From IMG/VR virus record IMGVR_UViG_3300021426_000069: a DNA stretch of 64,000 nucleotides. One strand, 5' to 3'. Shown here one piece after another: positions 55,551-64,000 of the stretch. Every line of letters begins with the position of its first letter. Position 1 is the first letter of the stretch. The DNA comes from an uncultured virus (IMG/VR IMGVR_UViG_3300021426_000069). Lineage: Duplodnaviria > Heunggongvirae > Uroviricota > Caudoviricetes. Below the pieces are notes generated by a model, which did no database searches, was not told the DNA's origin, and worked only from the letters and a program-made list of their open reading frames with translations. The position numbers and the translations under genes were made by a program.

Positions 55551-57920
55551 ATGAAACAAGTCAAAAAAAGAGATGGTCGAATCGTAGATTTCGATCCAAA
55601 GAAGATTGAGAGAGCTATTCTTGCAGCGTTCATCGACGTTGATGGTGAAGCTTCAAATTACGCAAAAGAAAAAGCTGCGAACATAGCAAGTTATATTGAA
55701 GGGTATTATTTAGATGTAGATGAAATACCTGAAATCGAAGATATTCAAGATTTAGTTGAGAAAGGTTTAATGGCAACAAAAAGAAAAGATGTAGCTAAAA
55801 ACTATATCTTATACAGAGAAGAAAGAACAAAAATTAGAAATAAAAATTCACAACTAATGAAAAATATCAAAGAAAAAGTAGAAGCATCTGACGTTCAAAA
55901 TCAAAATGCTAATGTAGACGAATATTCATTTGGTGGTAGAATGGGAGAGGCTAGAAACGAATTAATGAAAGATTATGCTTTAAATTATATCGTTTCTCCA
56001 ATGGCAAGAGAAAATCATTTGAATAATGAAATATATATTCATGATTTAGACTCTTATGCAGTAGGTATGCACAATTGTTTAACTATTCCTTTTGATAAAT
56101 TATTAGCAGAAGGATTTAATACAAGACAAACTGATGTAAGACCAGCACGATCAATTAATACTGCCTTTCAATTGGTTGCTGTATTATTTCAATTACAATC
56201 TTTACAACAATTTGGTGGAGTTAGCGCAAGTCATTTAGATTGGACTATGGTGCCATACGTAAGAATGAGTTTTTATAAACACTTACAAAATAGTTTAGAT
56301 TTACAAGTTGCTTATGTTTATGGTAGTCAATTAGAAGCAAAAGAATATAAAGACTTAACTAATGAAAATCAAGAGAAAATTGATAGAATTAATGATTTAA
56401 GAGCCAAAATAGGAGAAGCTTTATATAAAAATACTATTAAAGACATTTCTATTTTAGATGAAGATTTCACTCGAAAAGAAATATATAATATGGCTTTTGA
56501 AGATGCTTATCAAAAAACTGAAAAAGAATTAAGTCAAGCAGTTCAAGGGATGTATCATAATTTAAATACTTTACAATCTAGAAGCGGAAATCAATTACCA
56601 TTTACATCAATTAATTATGGTACTTGTACTTTACCAGAAGGTAGAATGGTTACAAAAGCATTGTTAGAGGGTTCTATTGAAGGAGTTGGAAAGGTTAGAA
56701 AAACACCTATATTCCCTTGTGGCATATTCCAATGTATGAAAGGTGTAAACCGTAAACCAGGAGAACCTAACTATGACTTATTCCAATTAGCATTACGTTC
56801 AACAGCTCAAAGATTATATCCTAATTACGTAAATGTAGATTGGTCAGTAAATGCGGGATATGATCCTGAAGACCCTAAAACTTACGTTTCTACAATGGGG
56901 TGCCGTACATATAATGGTGCAGACATTAATGCAGAGCCTGGAACAAATCCTCAAACTAAGGATGGCCGCGGAAATATTTGTCCAGTTACTATTGTAATGC
57001 CTACTCTAGCTATGAAAGCTTTAGAAAAATTTAGACATAATGATATGCCAAAAACATCTAATGAAGAAGTCTATAATGGTGTTATTGAAACTTTTATGGA
57101 TATTTTAGATACTAAAATTCATGAAGCAAGAGATATGTTAGTTGAAAGATATAATTGGATAATTAGCCAAGATCCAAGTTCAGCAAAATTTATGTATGAA
57201 AATGGTGTTATGTTAGGATATGACGGAAAAACAGTAGAAAGTGCTATGAAACATGGAACTTTGGCTATCGGACAAATTGGACTAGCTGAAACACTACAAA
57301 TTTTAATTGGAAAAGACCATACAACAGAAGAAGGTATGGAATTAGCAAAAAGAATTGAACAATTATTTAAAGATAGATGCGCTCAATTTAAAAAAGAACT
57401 ACACTTAAATATTGGTGTTTATTATACACCAGCCGAAAATATGTGTTATACTTCAATGAAGAAGTTTAAGAAAGCATATGGAGAGATACCTAACGTTTCC
57501 GATAGAAAATTCTTTACAAATAGTATTCATGTTCCTGTATGGAAAGAAATGAGCCCATTTGAAAAAATTGACATTGAATCTCAATTAACTGGGTATTCAA
57601 ATGCAGGATGTATTACTTATGTAGAACTTGAGGGCGGAGTTAAAAATAATTTAGATGCTCTTGAGGAAATAGTAAACTATGCTATGGATAAAGATATTCC
57701 TTATTTCGCAATTAATGTACCAAATGATACTTGTTTAAATTGCGGATATACTGACGAATTTAATGATAAATGTCCTATGTGCGGAAGCACTCATATACAA
57801 CAATTACGTAGAGTCACAGGATATTTAACAGGAGATTATAAAACAGCCTTTAACCTAGGAAAACAACAAGAAACAGAAATGAGATTTAAACACTCTAAAG
57901 AATTAAAAGGTTGGAGGTAA
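55551..57920 (+). CDS. nrdD: anaerobic ribonucleoside-triphosphate reductase (class III) with ATP cone
   Basis: VKKRDG ATP cone, HDLD, MGCR, TPAE, C..C..C..C, RRVTGYL. Confidence 0.97.
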   Translation: MKQVKKRDGRIVDFDPKKIERAILAAFIDVDGEASNYAKEKAANIASYIEGYYLDVDEIPEIEDIQDLVEKGLMATKRKDVAKNYILYREERTKIRNKNSQLMKNIKEKVEASDVQNQNANVDEYSFGGRMGEARNELMKDYALNYIVSPMARENHLNNEIYIHDLDSYAVGMHNCLTIPFDKLLAEGFNTRQTDVRPARSINTAFQLVAVLFQLQSLQQFGGVSASHLDWTMVPYVRMSFYKHLQNSLDLQVAYVYGSQLEAKEYKDLTNENQEKIDRINDLRAKIGEALYKNTIKDISILDEDFTRKEIYNMAFEDAYQKTEKELSQAVQGMYHNLNTLQSRSGNQLPFTSINYGTCTLPEGRMVTKALLEGSIEGVGKVRKTPIFPCGIFQCMKGVNRKPGEPNYDLFQLALRSTAQRLYPNYVNVDWSVNAGYDPEDPKTYVSTMGCRTYNGADINAEPGTNPQTKDGRGNICPVTIVMPTLAMKALEKFRHNDMPKTSNEEVYNGVIETFMDILDTKIHEARDMLVERYNWIISQDPSSAKFMYENGVMLGYDGKTVESAMKHGTLAIGQIGLAETLQILIGKDHTTEEGMELAKRIEQLFKDRCAQFKKELHLNIGVYYTPAENMCYTSMKKFKKAYGEIPNVSDRKFFTNSIHVPVWKEMSPFEKIDIESQLTGYSNAGCITYVELEGGVKNNLDALEEIVNYAMDKDIPYFAINVPNDTCLNCGYTDEFNDKCPMCGSTHIQQLRRVTGYLTGDYKTAFNLGKQQETEMRFKHSKELKGWR

Positions 57921-57922
57921 AA

Positions 57923-58420
57923 ATGATTAGGATTGCCGGTATTAATGAGAATGACTTCGTTAATGGGAAGGGCGTAAGCGTTAGCTTATTCCTTCAAGGC
58001 TGCCCTTTTCATTGTAAAGGTTGCCATAATCCAGAAACATGGAATCCAGATGGAGGAGAAATCTGGGACTGGAATGAATTAATTAATCATATCTTAGAAT
58101 TAATTACCGCCAATGGTATACAAAGAAATCTGAGTATTTTAGGCGGTGAACCTTTAGATACTTATGATAAAAGAGACTTTATCAGGCTATTGATTAAAGT
58201 TGTAAAATCTCGTTTTCCAGATATTATAATATGTATATGGACTGGTTATACATATGATCAATTAATAGAAATCGTAGATGCAGGAGAAATCTTAGCAAAC
58301 ATAGATTATTTAATTGAAGGTCCGTTCATATTAAAACAAAGAGATATTACTTTAAAATGGCGTGGAAGTCGAAACCAAAACATATTGAATTTAAAAGAAG
58401 GAATAATAGAGAATGATTAA
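57923..58420 (+). CDS. nrdG: anaerobic RNR activating radical-SAM enzyme
   Basis: GCPFHCKGCHN, GGEP, RGS.NQ. Confidence 0.95.
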   Translation: MIRIAGINENDFVNGKGVSVSLFLQGCPFHCKGCHNPETWNPDGGEIWDWNELINHILELITANGIQRNLSILGGEPLDTYDKRDFIRLLIKVVKSRFPDIIICIWTGYTYDQLIEIVDAGEILANIDYLIEGPFILKQRDITLKWRGSRNQNILNLKEGIIEND

Positions 58421-58574
58421 TTTTTTAAAAATATTCTTCCCTGGACTAATGGTAACAGGAGCTCTAGGAAGCTTGATTTTAAATATTATAGTTAACAAAC
58501 AAGATTGGCCCGTATCATTACAATGGTTAGGGGCAACCTTTTTATACACAGCATTATTATTTAGAAACAAATAA
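58413..58574 (+). CDS. small membrane protein (53 aa, absent from ORF track)
   Basis: MINFLKIFFPGLMVTGALGSLILNII..., coupled to nrdG. Confidence 0.55.
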   Translation: MINFLKIFFPGLMVTGALGSLILNIIVNKQDWPVSLQWLGATFLYTALLFRNK

Positions 58575-58579
58575 GAGAG

Positions 58580-58611
58580 GAGGCTAAGTTGTTATAACTT
58601 AGCCTCTTTTT
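58580..58611 (+). terminator. intrinsic terminator
   Basis: GAGGCTAAGTT/AACTTAGCCTC + T tract. Confidence 0.85.
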
Positions 58612-58631
58612 GCGTTAAGGAAGGAAGATAT

Positions 58632-59075
58632 ATGAGAGAAGTTACTCGTAAGATGGTCAAAGAATACGAATTAAAAAAACTAGGTTATGATTTTATGGGG
58701 TATACATTTAATAATAGAAATGAATTAAGTTTTCATCACTTGATAGTTCCAAGACGAGAATGTAAGAAAAAAGGATTGGGAGAAGGATATTTAAAATGGA
58801 ATGGCGCTATTTTAAATCAAAACACTTCACATCCTTATTTACATACTATTGAAAGATTTGATAGAGAATTATTTCTTGAAATAACAAAAGAAATGGTTGA
58901 AGAAAACTTACGTGGAGAAATAAATATTGAAAACCTAAAAAGAATTAGAGAAATGTTATTATGGTTTGAAGCGCATTATGATAATGTTTATAGTTCATCT
59001 GGAAAGAAGATTATCAAACCTGAGTTTAAGACAAAAAGGTTAGTATTGCCAGGTTTTGAAGAGAGAAGAAGATAA
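58632..59075 (+). CDS. hypothetical protein with HNH-like His/Asn pattern
   Basis: FHHL...NGAIL...SH.YLH. Confidence 0.55.
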   Translation: MREVTRKMVKEYELKKLGYDFMGYTFNNRNELSFHHLIVPRRECKKKGLGEGYLKWNGAILNQNTSHPYLHTIERFDRELFLEITKEMVEENLRGEINIENLKRIREMLLWFEAHYDNVYSSSGKKIIKPEFKTKRLVLPGFEERRR

Positions 59076-59314
59076 TGTATTCTTGGGAAATATATAAGTT
59101 TTTAAAAGAAAGAGGATATTATATTGGCGGAGATGATTTAATAAAAATCACTTCCGTAAAAGAAAATCCCCAATTAAATCATATTAAATATGACCCCTAT
59201 CAAAACAGATACGAGATGTGGGATAAAGAAGGAAACTATTTTAACTTTGCACCAATACCTTACACTGAGGCTGAAGAAAAAGGTTTAGTAAAAAAGAAAG
59301 TGTTGAAAAGATAG
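59075..59314 (+). CDS. hypothetical protein
   Basis: Coupled to upstream ORF. Confidence 0.65.
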   Translation: MYSWEIYKFLKERGYYIGGDDLIKITSVKENPQLNHIKYDPYQNRYEMWDKEGNYFNFAPIPYTEAEEKGLVKKKVLKR

Positions 59315-59397
59315 AATTTGTATTCTATCTTTTTTCTTTTTTATTGACAATAGACAAAAATAATGATATAATATATATATGAAAGGAATGAAAAGAA

Positions 59398-59862
59398 ATG
59401 ATAAGAAAAATATTACAATATCCACAAGATAAAGATATATTGTTACAAAAAAGTGAAGAAGTAAAAAATATAGATGAAATAAAAGATTTAATACAAGATA
59501 TGAAAGATACTTTAAATTCTGATCCATCAGGAGCTGGGATTTCCGCAGTTCAAATTGGAGAATTAAAAAGAGTATGTATTATAAAATATGGTGGGAAAGA
59601 ATATACTCTAATAAATCCTGTTATTACATGGAAAAGAAGTGGCGCTAATGGAATAAAACCTTTTAAAGAAGGTTGTTTAAGTGCACCTGGAGTATTTACT
59701 ATTGTTAATAGACCTCAAAAAGTTATTTGTGAGTATTTAGATGAGAATGGAGAAACACAAAAACTAGACCAAGGCGGTTGGTTAAGTGCAATTATACAAC
59801 ATGAACTAGATCATTTAGAAGGCTTCTGCGAAGTATTTAAAGCAGTCGATGAACAAAATTAA
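59398..59862 (+). CDS. def: peptide deformylase
   Basis: GISAVQ, EGCLS, QHELDH motifs. Confidence 0.95.
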   Translation: MIRKILQYPQDKDILLQKSEEVKNIDEIKDLIQDMKDTLNSDPSGAGISAVQIGELKRVCIIKYGGKEYTLINPVITWKRSGANGIKPFKEGCLSAPGVFTIVNRPQKVICEYLDENGETQKLDQGGWLSAIIQHELDHLEGFCEVFKAVDEQN

Positions 59863-59882
59863 TAGAAGGAGGTTTATAATAT

Positions 59883-60176
59883 ATGGAACAGATGAAAATT
59901 AGGGGCATAGAAGTGACTTGCTATCCTGATAAAATAAAAATTGAAAAATCATATATTATAAATAATAAAGAAAAAATGGAATTGATACTAAAATCTATTT
60001 TTGAAAGAACTGAAGAATTTTTTGTCAATAGAAAAATGGAAAGTTTTATAAAAGAGTGGAGGTATCATAACCGTTTATATAAAATGCACATTTTTAGAAA
60101 AAGAAATAAAAATTTAATTTTAAAAAAAGAACAATCTAATTGGAGTAAATTTATGTGCATAATATTAGGTTTTTAA
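59883..60176 (+). CDS. hypothetical protein
   Basis: AAGGAGG RBS. Confidence 0.65.
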   Translation: MEQMKIRGIEVTCYPDKIKIEKSYIINNKEKMELILKSIFERTEEFFVNRKMESFIKEWRYHNRLYKMHIFRKRNKNLILKKEQSNWSKFMCIILGF

Positions 60177-60187
60177 GGAGAGATACA

Positions 60188-60571
60188 ATGAGTGAAATTG
60201 GTATGGGAACATTATACGATTTAAACAAGATGGCTGTTGAAAAAGGTGAAGTAGCTCTTGTTGGAGAAATGTTAGAAGAAAAAAAAGAATTAATAATGGA
60301 GTTTCTAAAAGATACTAATGCAATTTATTATATGTTATTATCAAATGAAAGAAAAGATTATACTATCTTTAGAAATGAAATGAGAAATTTTGATGAAGAA
60401 AAACTAAAATTTGAAATAAGTGAATTAATGGAATGTTTATTAAATAGAGGCTTAATTAAAGGAATAGACTTAACAAAAGACAAACAAGCAATAGAAATCT
60501 GGTTATCAATAGATGGAGAAGCATTTGTTTATTATTTCTTCCCATATGATAACGCAGTTATAGAAATTTAG
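60188..60571 (+). CDS. hypothetical phage protein
   Basis: AAGGAG RBS; YYMLL..E.KDYT.F...YFFPYD. Confidence 0.7.
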   Translation: MSEIGMGTLYDLNKMAVEKGEVALVGEMLEEKKELIMEFLKDTNAIYYMLLSNERKDYTIFRNEMRNFDEEKLKFEISELMECLLNRGLIKGIDLTKDKQAIEIWLSIDGEAFVYYFFPYDNAVIEI

Positions 60572-60589
60572 TAAAGGAGGCGGAAACGC

Positions 60590-60850
60590 GTGAAAAGAAT
60601 AATTATTTTTAATAAAATGTTTGTTTCTACAAGACGTATAGCCGTTATTGAAGATAACAATATTATTGAAGACGTTATTGCAACTCCTGAGGCTTTAATT
60701 GAAACTGTATTTAGTTTAGCTGACAGATATGATATAGATACAGTAGAAATAATAGGTTCTAGAGTCTTTTCAAAAGGATTAGAAAAAGACCTTACACAAG
60801 CTATGGGAACTACTAAATATAGTAGAAAATTAAATATAAGCATTATATAA
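60590..60850 (+). CDS. hypothetical protein
   Basis: AAGGAGG RBS, GTG start. Confidence 0.65.
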   Translation: MKRIIIFNKMFVSTRRIAVIEDNNIIEDVIATPEALIETVFSLADRYDIDTVEIIGSRVFSKGLEKDLTQAMGTTKYSRKLNISII

Positions 60851-60866
60851 GAGAAAGGAACTAGAT

Positions 60867-61124
60867 ATGAAATACTTAATTACAACAACAGAAGTATATA
60901 GAGTAGATACGGAAGAACAAGTTAAACAAATTATTGAAGAAGCTAAAACTGATAATCATTTTATCGTTACTAAATATACAAGTCAATACAAAGAAAGAAA
61001 ACAAAAAGGTGAAGTTGTAGACTCTTGGTGGAAACTTTCAATAACAAAACAATTTACCGATGAAAAAGAGCCAGAATTTCAAACAGAAATTCAATATAAT
61101 AATAGTTTGGAGAGTGCGTTTTAA
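60867..61124 (+). CDS. hypothetical protein
   Basis: AAAGGA RBS. Confidence 0.7.
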   Translation: MKYLITTTEVYRVDTEEQVKQIIEEAKTDNHFIVTKYTSQYKERKQKGEVVDSWWKLSITKQFTDEKEPEFQTEIQYNNSLESAF

Positions 61125-61558
61125 TGGATATTAGTGTAAAAAAATTAAGAGAAGATGCAACATTACCAACTCGTGGTAGTGAATATGCTGCAGGATATGA
61201 TTTATACGCAGCAATCGATGAAGCAGTAGTAATTGGACCTCATGAAACTGCAAAAATAGGTACAGGATTAGCATTTGCTTTACCTAATGGTGTATTTGCG
61301 GCAATCTTTGCTAGAAGCGGATTAGCTACAAAACAAGGTTTAAGACCTGCTAACTGCGTAGGAGTTTGTGACTCAGATTATAGAGGAGAATATATAGTTG
61401 CTTTACATAATGATAGTGAAGAAATTAGAACTATTGAACCTCAAGAAAGAATTGCACAAATGATATTAATGTCATATAATAATATGATATTTCATGAGGT
61501 AGATGAATTAAGTGAAACTGATCGCGGTGAAGGTGGATTTGGGAGCACAGGACAATAA
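61124..61558 (+). CDS. dut: trimeric dUTPase
   Basis: AGYDL, RSGLA, GV.DSDYRG, ERIAQ, RGEGGFGSTG. Confidence 0.97.
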   Translation: MDISVKKLREDATLPTRGSEYAAGYDLYAAIDEAVVIGPHETAKIGTGLAFALPNGVFAAIFARSGLATKQGLRPANCVGVCDSDYRGEYIVALHNDSEEIRTIEPQERIAQMILMSYNNMIFHEVDELSETDRGEGGFGSTGQ

Positions 61559-61767
61559 TGAACTTTCTTGTTAATCATATGGCAACTATGACTGCAATGA
61601 TGATGCAACATAATAATAGACGCCATAGAGAAGAAGAAGAGAAACATCGTAAAAAAAGACAAGAAGAATTCCAAAAGTCTAAGACAACTACCTCAAAAGC
61701 ATATATACCTAAACATGCAAAAAAAGAAGATTTAACAGAAGAAGAATTAAATTTAATGTCTATATAA
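61558..61767 (+). CDS. hypothetical charged protein
   Basis: Coupled to dut. Confidence 0.55.
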   Translation: MNFLVNHMATMTAMMMQHNNRRHREEEEKHRKKRQEEFQKSKTTTSKAYIPKHAKKEDLTEEELNLMSI

Positions 61768-61778
61768 GGAGGATAAGT

Positions 61779-62546
61779 ATGGAGAAATTTTTTAGTGTGA
61801 TTATGCCAAACTATAACAATGGAGAATGGCTTTCTCAAAGTTTATCCTCTATTTTTAATCAAACTTTTAAAGATTATGAAGTTATAGTTATAGATGATTG
61901 TTCTACTGATAATTCAATAGAAGAAATAAAAAAATTTGATGTTAATTTAATAAAATGTACTGAAAAAGTTTTTAATGGCGGAGGCCGCAATTTAGGCATT
62001 AAAGCCGCAACTGGAAAATATGTTTTATTCCTAGATAGTGATGACTGGTTTAGTGATGAAAATGTTTTTCAAAAAATATATGATAAAATTATAGAAAATA
62101 ACTATCCAGATTGTGTAAGTCTATCATACGATTGTTTAATAGGAAATAATAAAAGTTTACAAGTTATGGATAGAAACAATCAAAAAGATTTAGTAGAAAG
62201 TTTATATGTTGCTTGTTGGACTAAATGTGTAAAAAGAGAATTACTTCCACTTTTCCCTGAGAACACTTTAATGGAAGATGTAGTTCAACATATAAAATGC
62301 TGTGATAAATTAAAAACTATTGTAAGTATAAAAGAACCTATGATAGTTTGGAATAGAAATAATACAAATTCTTGTAGTAGAGAAGAAAATCAAAATTTAC
62401 AACAAGGAAAATGGCAATCTAGTATGTATAGATATGCCGCAGATTTAATGGACTTCACTTGTGAAAATCAAGTATGTGAAGACCATAGAAAATGGAGATT
62501 AGGTATTTGTTTAAATAATATAAAAGATGGAAGATATATTCAATAG
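61779..62546 (+). CDS. glycosyltransferase family 2
   Basis: SVIMP.YN, DDCSTD, RNLGI, FLDSDD, ED. Confidence 0.92.
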   Translation: MEKFFSVIMPNYNNGEWLSQSLSSIFNQTFKDYEVIVIDDCSTDNSIEEIKKFDVNLIKCTEKVFNGGGRNLGIKAATGKYVLFLDSDDWFSDENVFQKIYDKIIENNYPDCVSLSYDCLIGNNKSLQVMDRNNQKDLVESLYVACWTKCVKRELLPLFPENTLMEDVVQHIKCCDKLKTIVSIKEPMIVWNRNNTNSCSREENQNLQQGKWQSSMYRYAADLMDFTCENQVCEDHRKWRLGICLNNIKDGRYIQ

Positions 62547-62560
62547 GAAGGAGTGCTTAG

Positions 62561-63688
62561 ATGAAAAACGTATTTTATTTTCACCACTTAAATGTTATAG
62601 GTGGAGTGGAAAATATGTTCTATGAACTAGGTAAAAAATATAAAGATTGGGATATAGTTGTTTACTATGGTTCAGGAGACAAAAATCAAATTGCAAGGTT
62701 AAAACAATATGTAGATGTAAGAAAATATGAAACAGGACAAACAATAGAATGTGATAAAGTCTTTTTCAACTATCAAGCCCCTATTATTAATAATGTAAAA
62801 GCTAAAGAATATTATATGATAATCCATGCTGATTATAAAGCACAAGGAATAGAACCTCCAAAAGTACCTAAATATGTAAAATATATTGGTGTGAGTCAAG
62901 CAGTATGCGACAGTTTTACAGAAATATCTGGAAAGCCTTGTCAATTATGCTATAACCCGATAACAATAGATCCGCCTAGAAGAATCTTAAAGCTAGTTTC
63001 CGCAACTAGATTAACAAAAGAAAAAGGTTATAAAAGAATGGTTGCTTTAGCTAAAGCTCTTGATGACGCGGGAATCCCTTATACTTGGTATGTTTATACA
63101 AATAGTAAAGAAACAATTCCAAGTCCAAATGTTAAATATATGCCACCAACTTTAGATATAAATACTCAACTTGCGCAAGCTGATTATGTAGTTCAATTAA
63201 GCGACTCTGAGTCATATTGCTATACAATGATAGAGGCATTGTTATTACATATCCCAGTTATAGTAACTCCTTGGGGATGCTTAAAAGAATTAGGTATTAC
63301 AGAAGAATATGGCTTTATATTGCCTTTTGATATGAAAAATATTCCTGTTAAAGAAATTTATGAAAAAAGATTTGATTTTGATTATCAACCTCCTAAAGAT
63401 CGTTGGGACGAGATTTTAGAACCAGGAGATTCACAATATCAATATGATTTAAAATGTAAATATAAAGTTAGGGCAACAAATTTATATAAAGAAAGGAATT
63501 GCACTGACGGAGAATTAGGTTTTGTTCCTAAACCAGGATATGAGTGGACAGTTTCAAAAATTAGATATGATACATTATCTGGAAATAACAGAAATCATTT
63601 GAGATATGTTACCCTAGTTGAAAAACTTCCTCCTGAAGAAGAAAAACCTAAAAGTAAATATAAAATAGTTAATAAGATGGATAAATAG
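62561..63688 (+). CDS. GT-B fold glycosyltransferase (family 4-like)
   Basis: GGVE, VSQAV, RL..EKG, S..ESY...MIEA.....PVI. Confidence 0.85.
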   Translation: MKNVFYFHHLNVIGGVENMFYELGKKYKDWDIVVYYGSGDKNQIARLKQYVDVRKYETGQTIECDKVFFNYQAPIINNVKAKEYYMIIHADYKAQGIEPPKVPKYVKYIGVSQAVCDSFTEISGKPCQLCYNPITIDPPRRILKLVSATRLTKEKGYKRMVALAKALDDAGIPYTWYVYTNSKETIPSPNVKYMPPTLDINTQLAQADYVVQLSDSESYCYTMIEALLLHIPVIVTPWGCLKELGITEEYGFILPFDMKNIPVKEIYEKRFDFDYQPPKDRWDEILEPGDSQYQYDLKCKYKVRATNLYKERNCTDGELGFVPKPGYEWTVSKIRYDTLSGNNRNHLRYVTLVEKLPPEEEKPKSKYKIVNKMDK

Positions 63689-63842
63689 TATCCATCTTAT
63701 TTTTATGGGACGAATGGCGCGCGAACAATCGTCAACTCAAAATCAAAAAGCCATTTGGAATTTTTTAAATCGAAAATATTTTCTTGACAAAATCAATATT
63801 TTTTGATATAATGTAGATATAGGAAATAAAGGAGGAGATTTA

Positions 63843-64000
63843 ATGAAATTATTATCGTTAGATTTAAGTACAAAAAGTTCTGGATGGGCAATCTTCGCAG
63901 ATGGGGACTTAAAAGACCACGGATGTATTACATCTTCTTCAACAGACTTAATAAAAAGAATTCACATTATGGCAGATGCTATCGATGAAATTTTACAAAA
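63843..64000 (+). CDS. RuvC-like Holliday junction resolvase, N-terminal part (runs off window)
   Basis: MKLLSLDLSTKSSGWAIF; TTGACA-N17-TATAAT promoter at 63784-63812. Confidence 0.7.
   Translation, partial: MKLLSLDLSTKSSGWAIFADGDLKDHGCITSSSTDLIKRIHIMADAIDEILQ

Noticed and set aside
50928..57920. Inteins or introns in DnaE / NrdD
   Set aside because: Continuous ORFs; no intein splice-junction or LAGLIDADG motifs seen.
28949..62944. Short antisense or alternate-frame ORFs inside large plus-strand genes
   Set aside because: Shadow ORFs of well-supported genes.
1..64000. Stop-codon reassignment, CRISPR array, retron or DGR
   Set aside because: Conserved genes are intact in code 11 with TAG used as stop and no suppressor tRNA; no regularly spaced repeat-spacer array; no reverse transcriptase in the window.

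Overview
A 64-kb, very AT-rich segment of a large dsDNA phage genome, most likely infecting a low-GC Bacillota/Mollicutes-related host, in standard genetic code. No structural genes lie in the window. The left arm (1 to ~26.7 kb, minus strand) is an RNA-rich island. It holds 23 tRNAs covering all 20 amino acids (tRNA-Thr split by a group I intron), a tmRNA, a ROOL-like large RNA, two further ~700-nt highly structured non-coding RNAs, a minimal HDV-like (theta-type) ribozyme abutting tRNA-Cys, four tRNA mimics with damaged anticodon or D arms, and three copies of a 'terminal stem + CAGC(A/G)AA' small RNA. One of those three is a stand-alone transcription unit directly upstream of a DUF2828 (TROVE/Ro60-like + vWA) gene. 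Thg1-like, Prp, Hsp20 and kinase-like genes are interspersed. The right arm (26.9-64 kb, plus strand) encodes RNA end-healing/ligation enzymes and a full replication and nucleotide-metabolism set (gyrase, LigA, DnaB, primase, RecJ, RecD-like helicase, DnaE, Gmk, NrdDG, dUTPase), plus peptide deformylase, a catalytically dead ClpP homologue and two glycosyltransferases. The best candidate for an undescribed system is the DUF2828 protein with its putative Y-RNA-like partner RNAs, inside a tRNA-mimic / RNA-repair network. All RNA structures were read by eye and all family names come from recalled motifs, not database searches.
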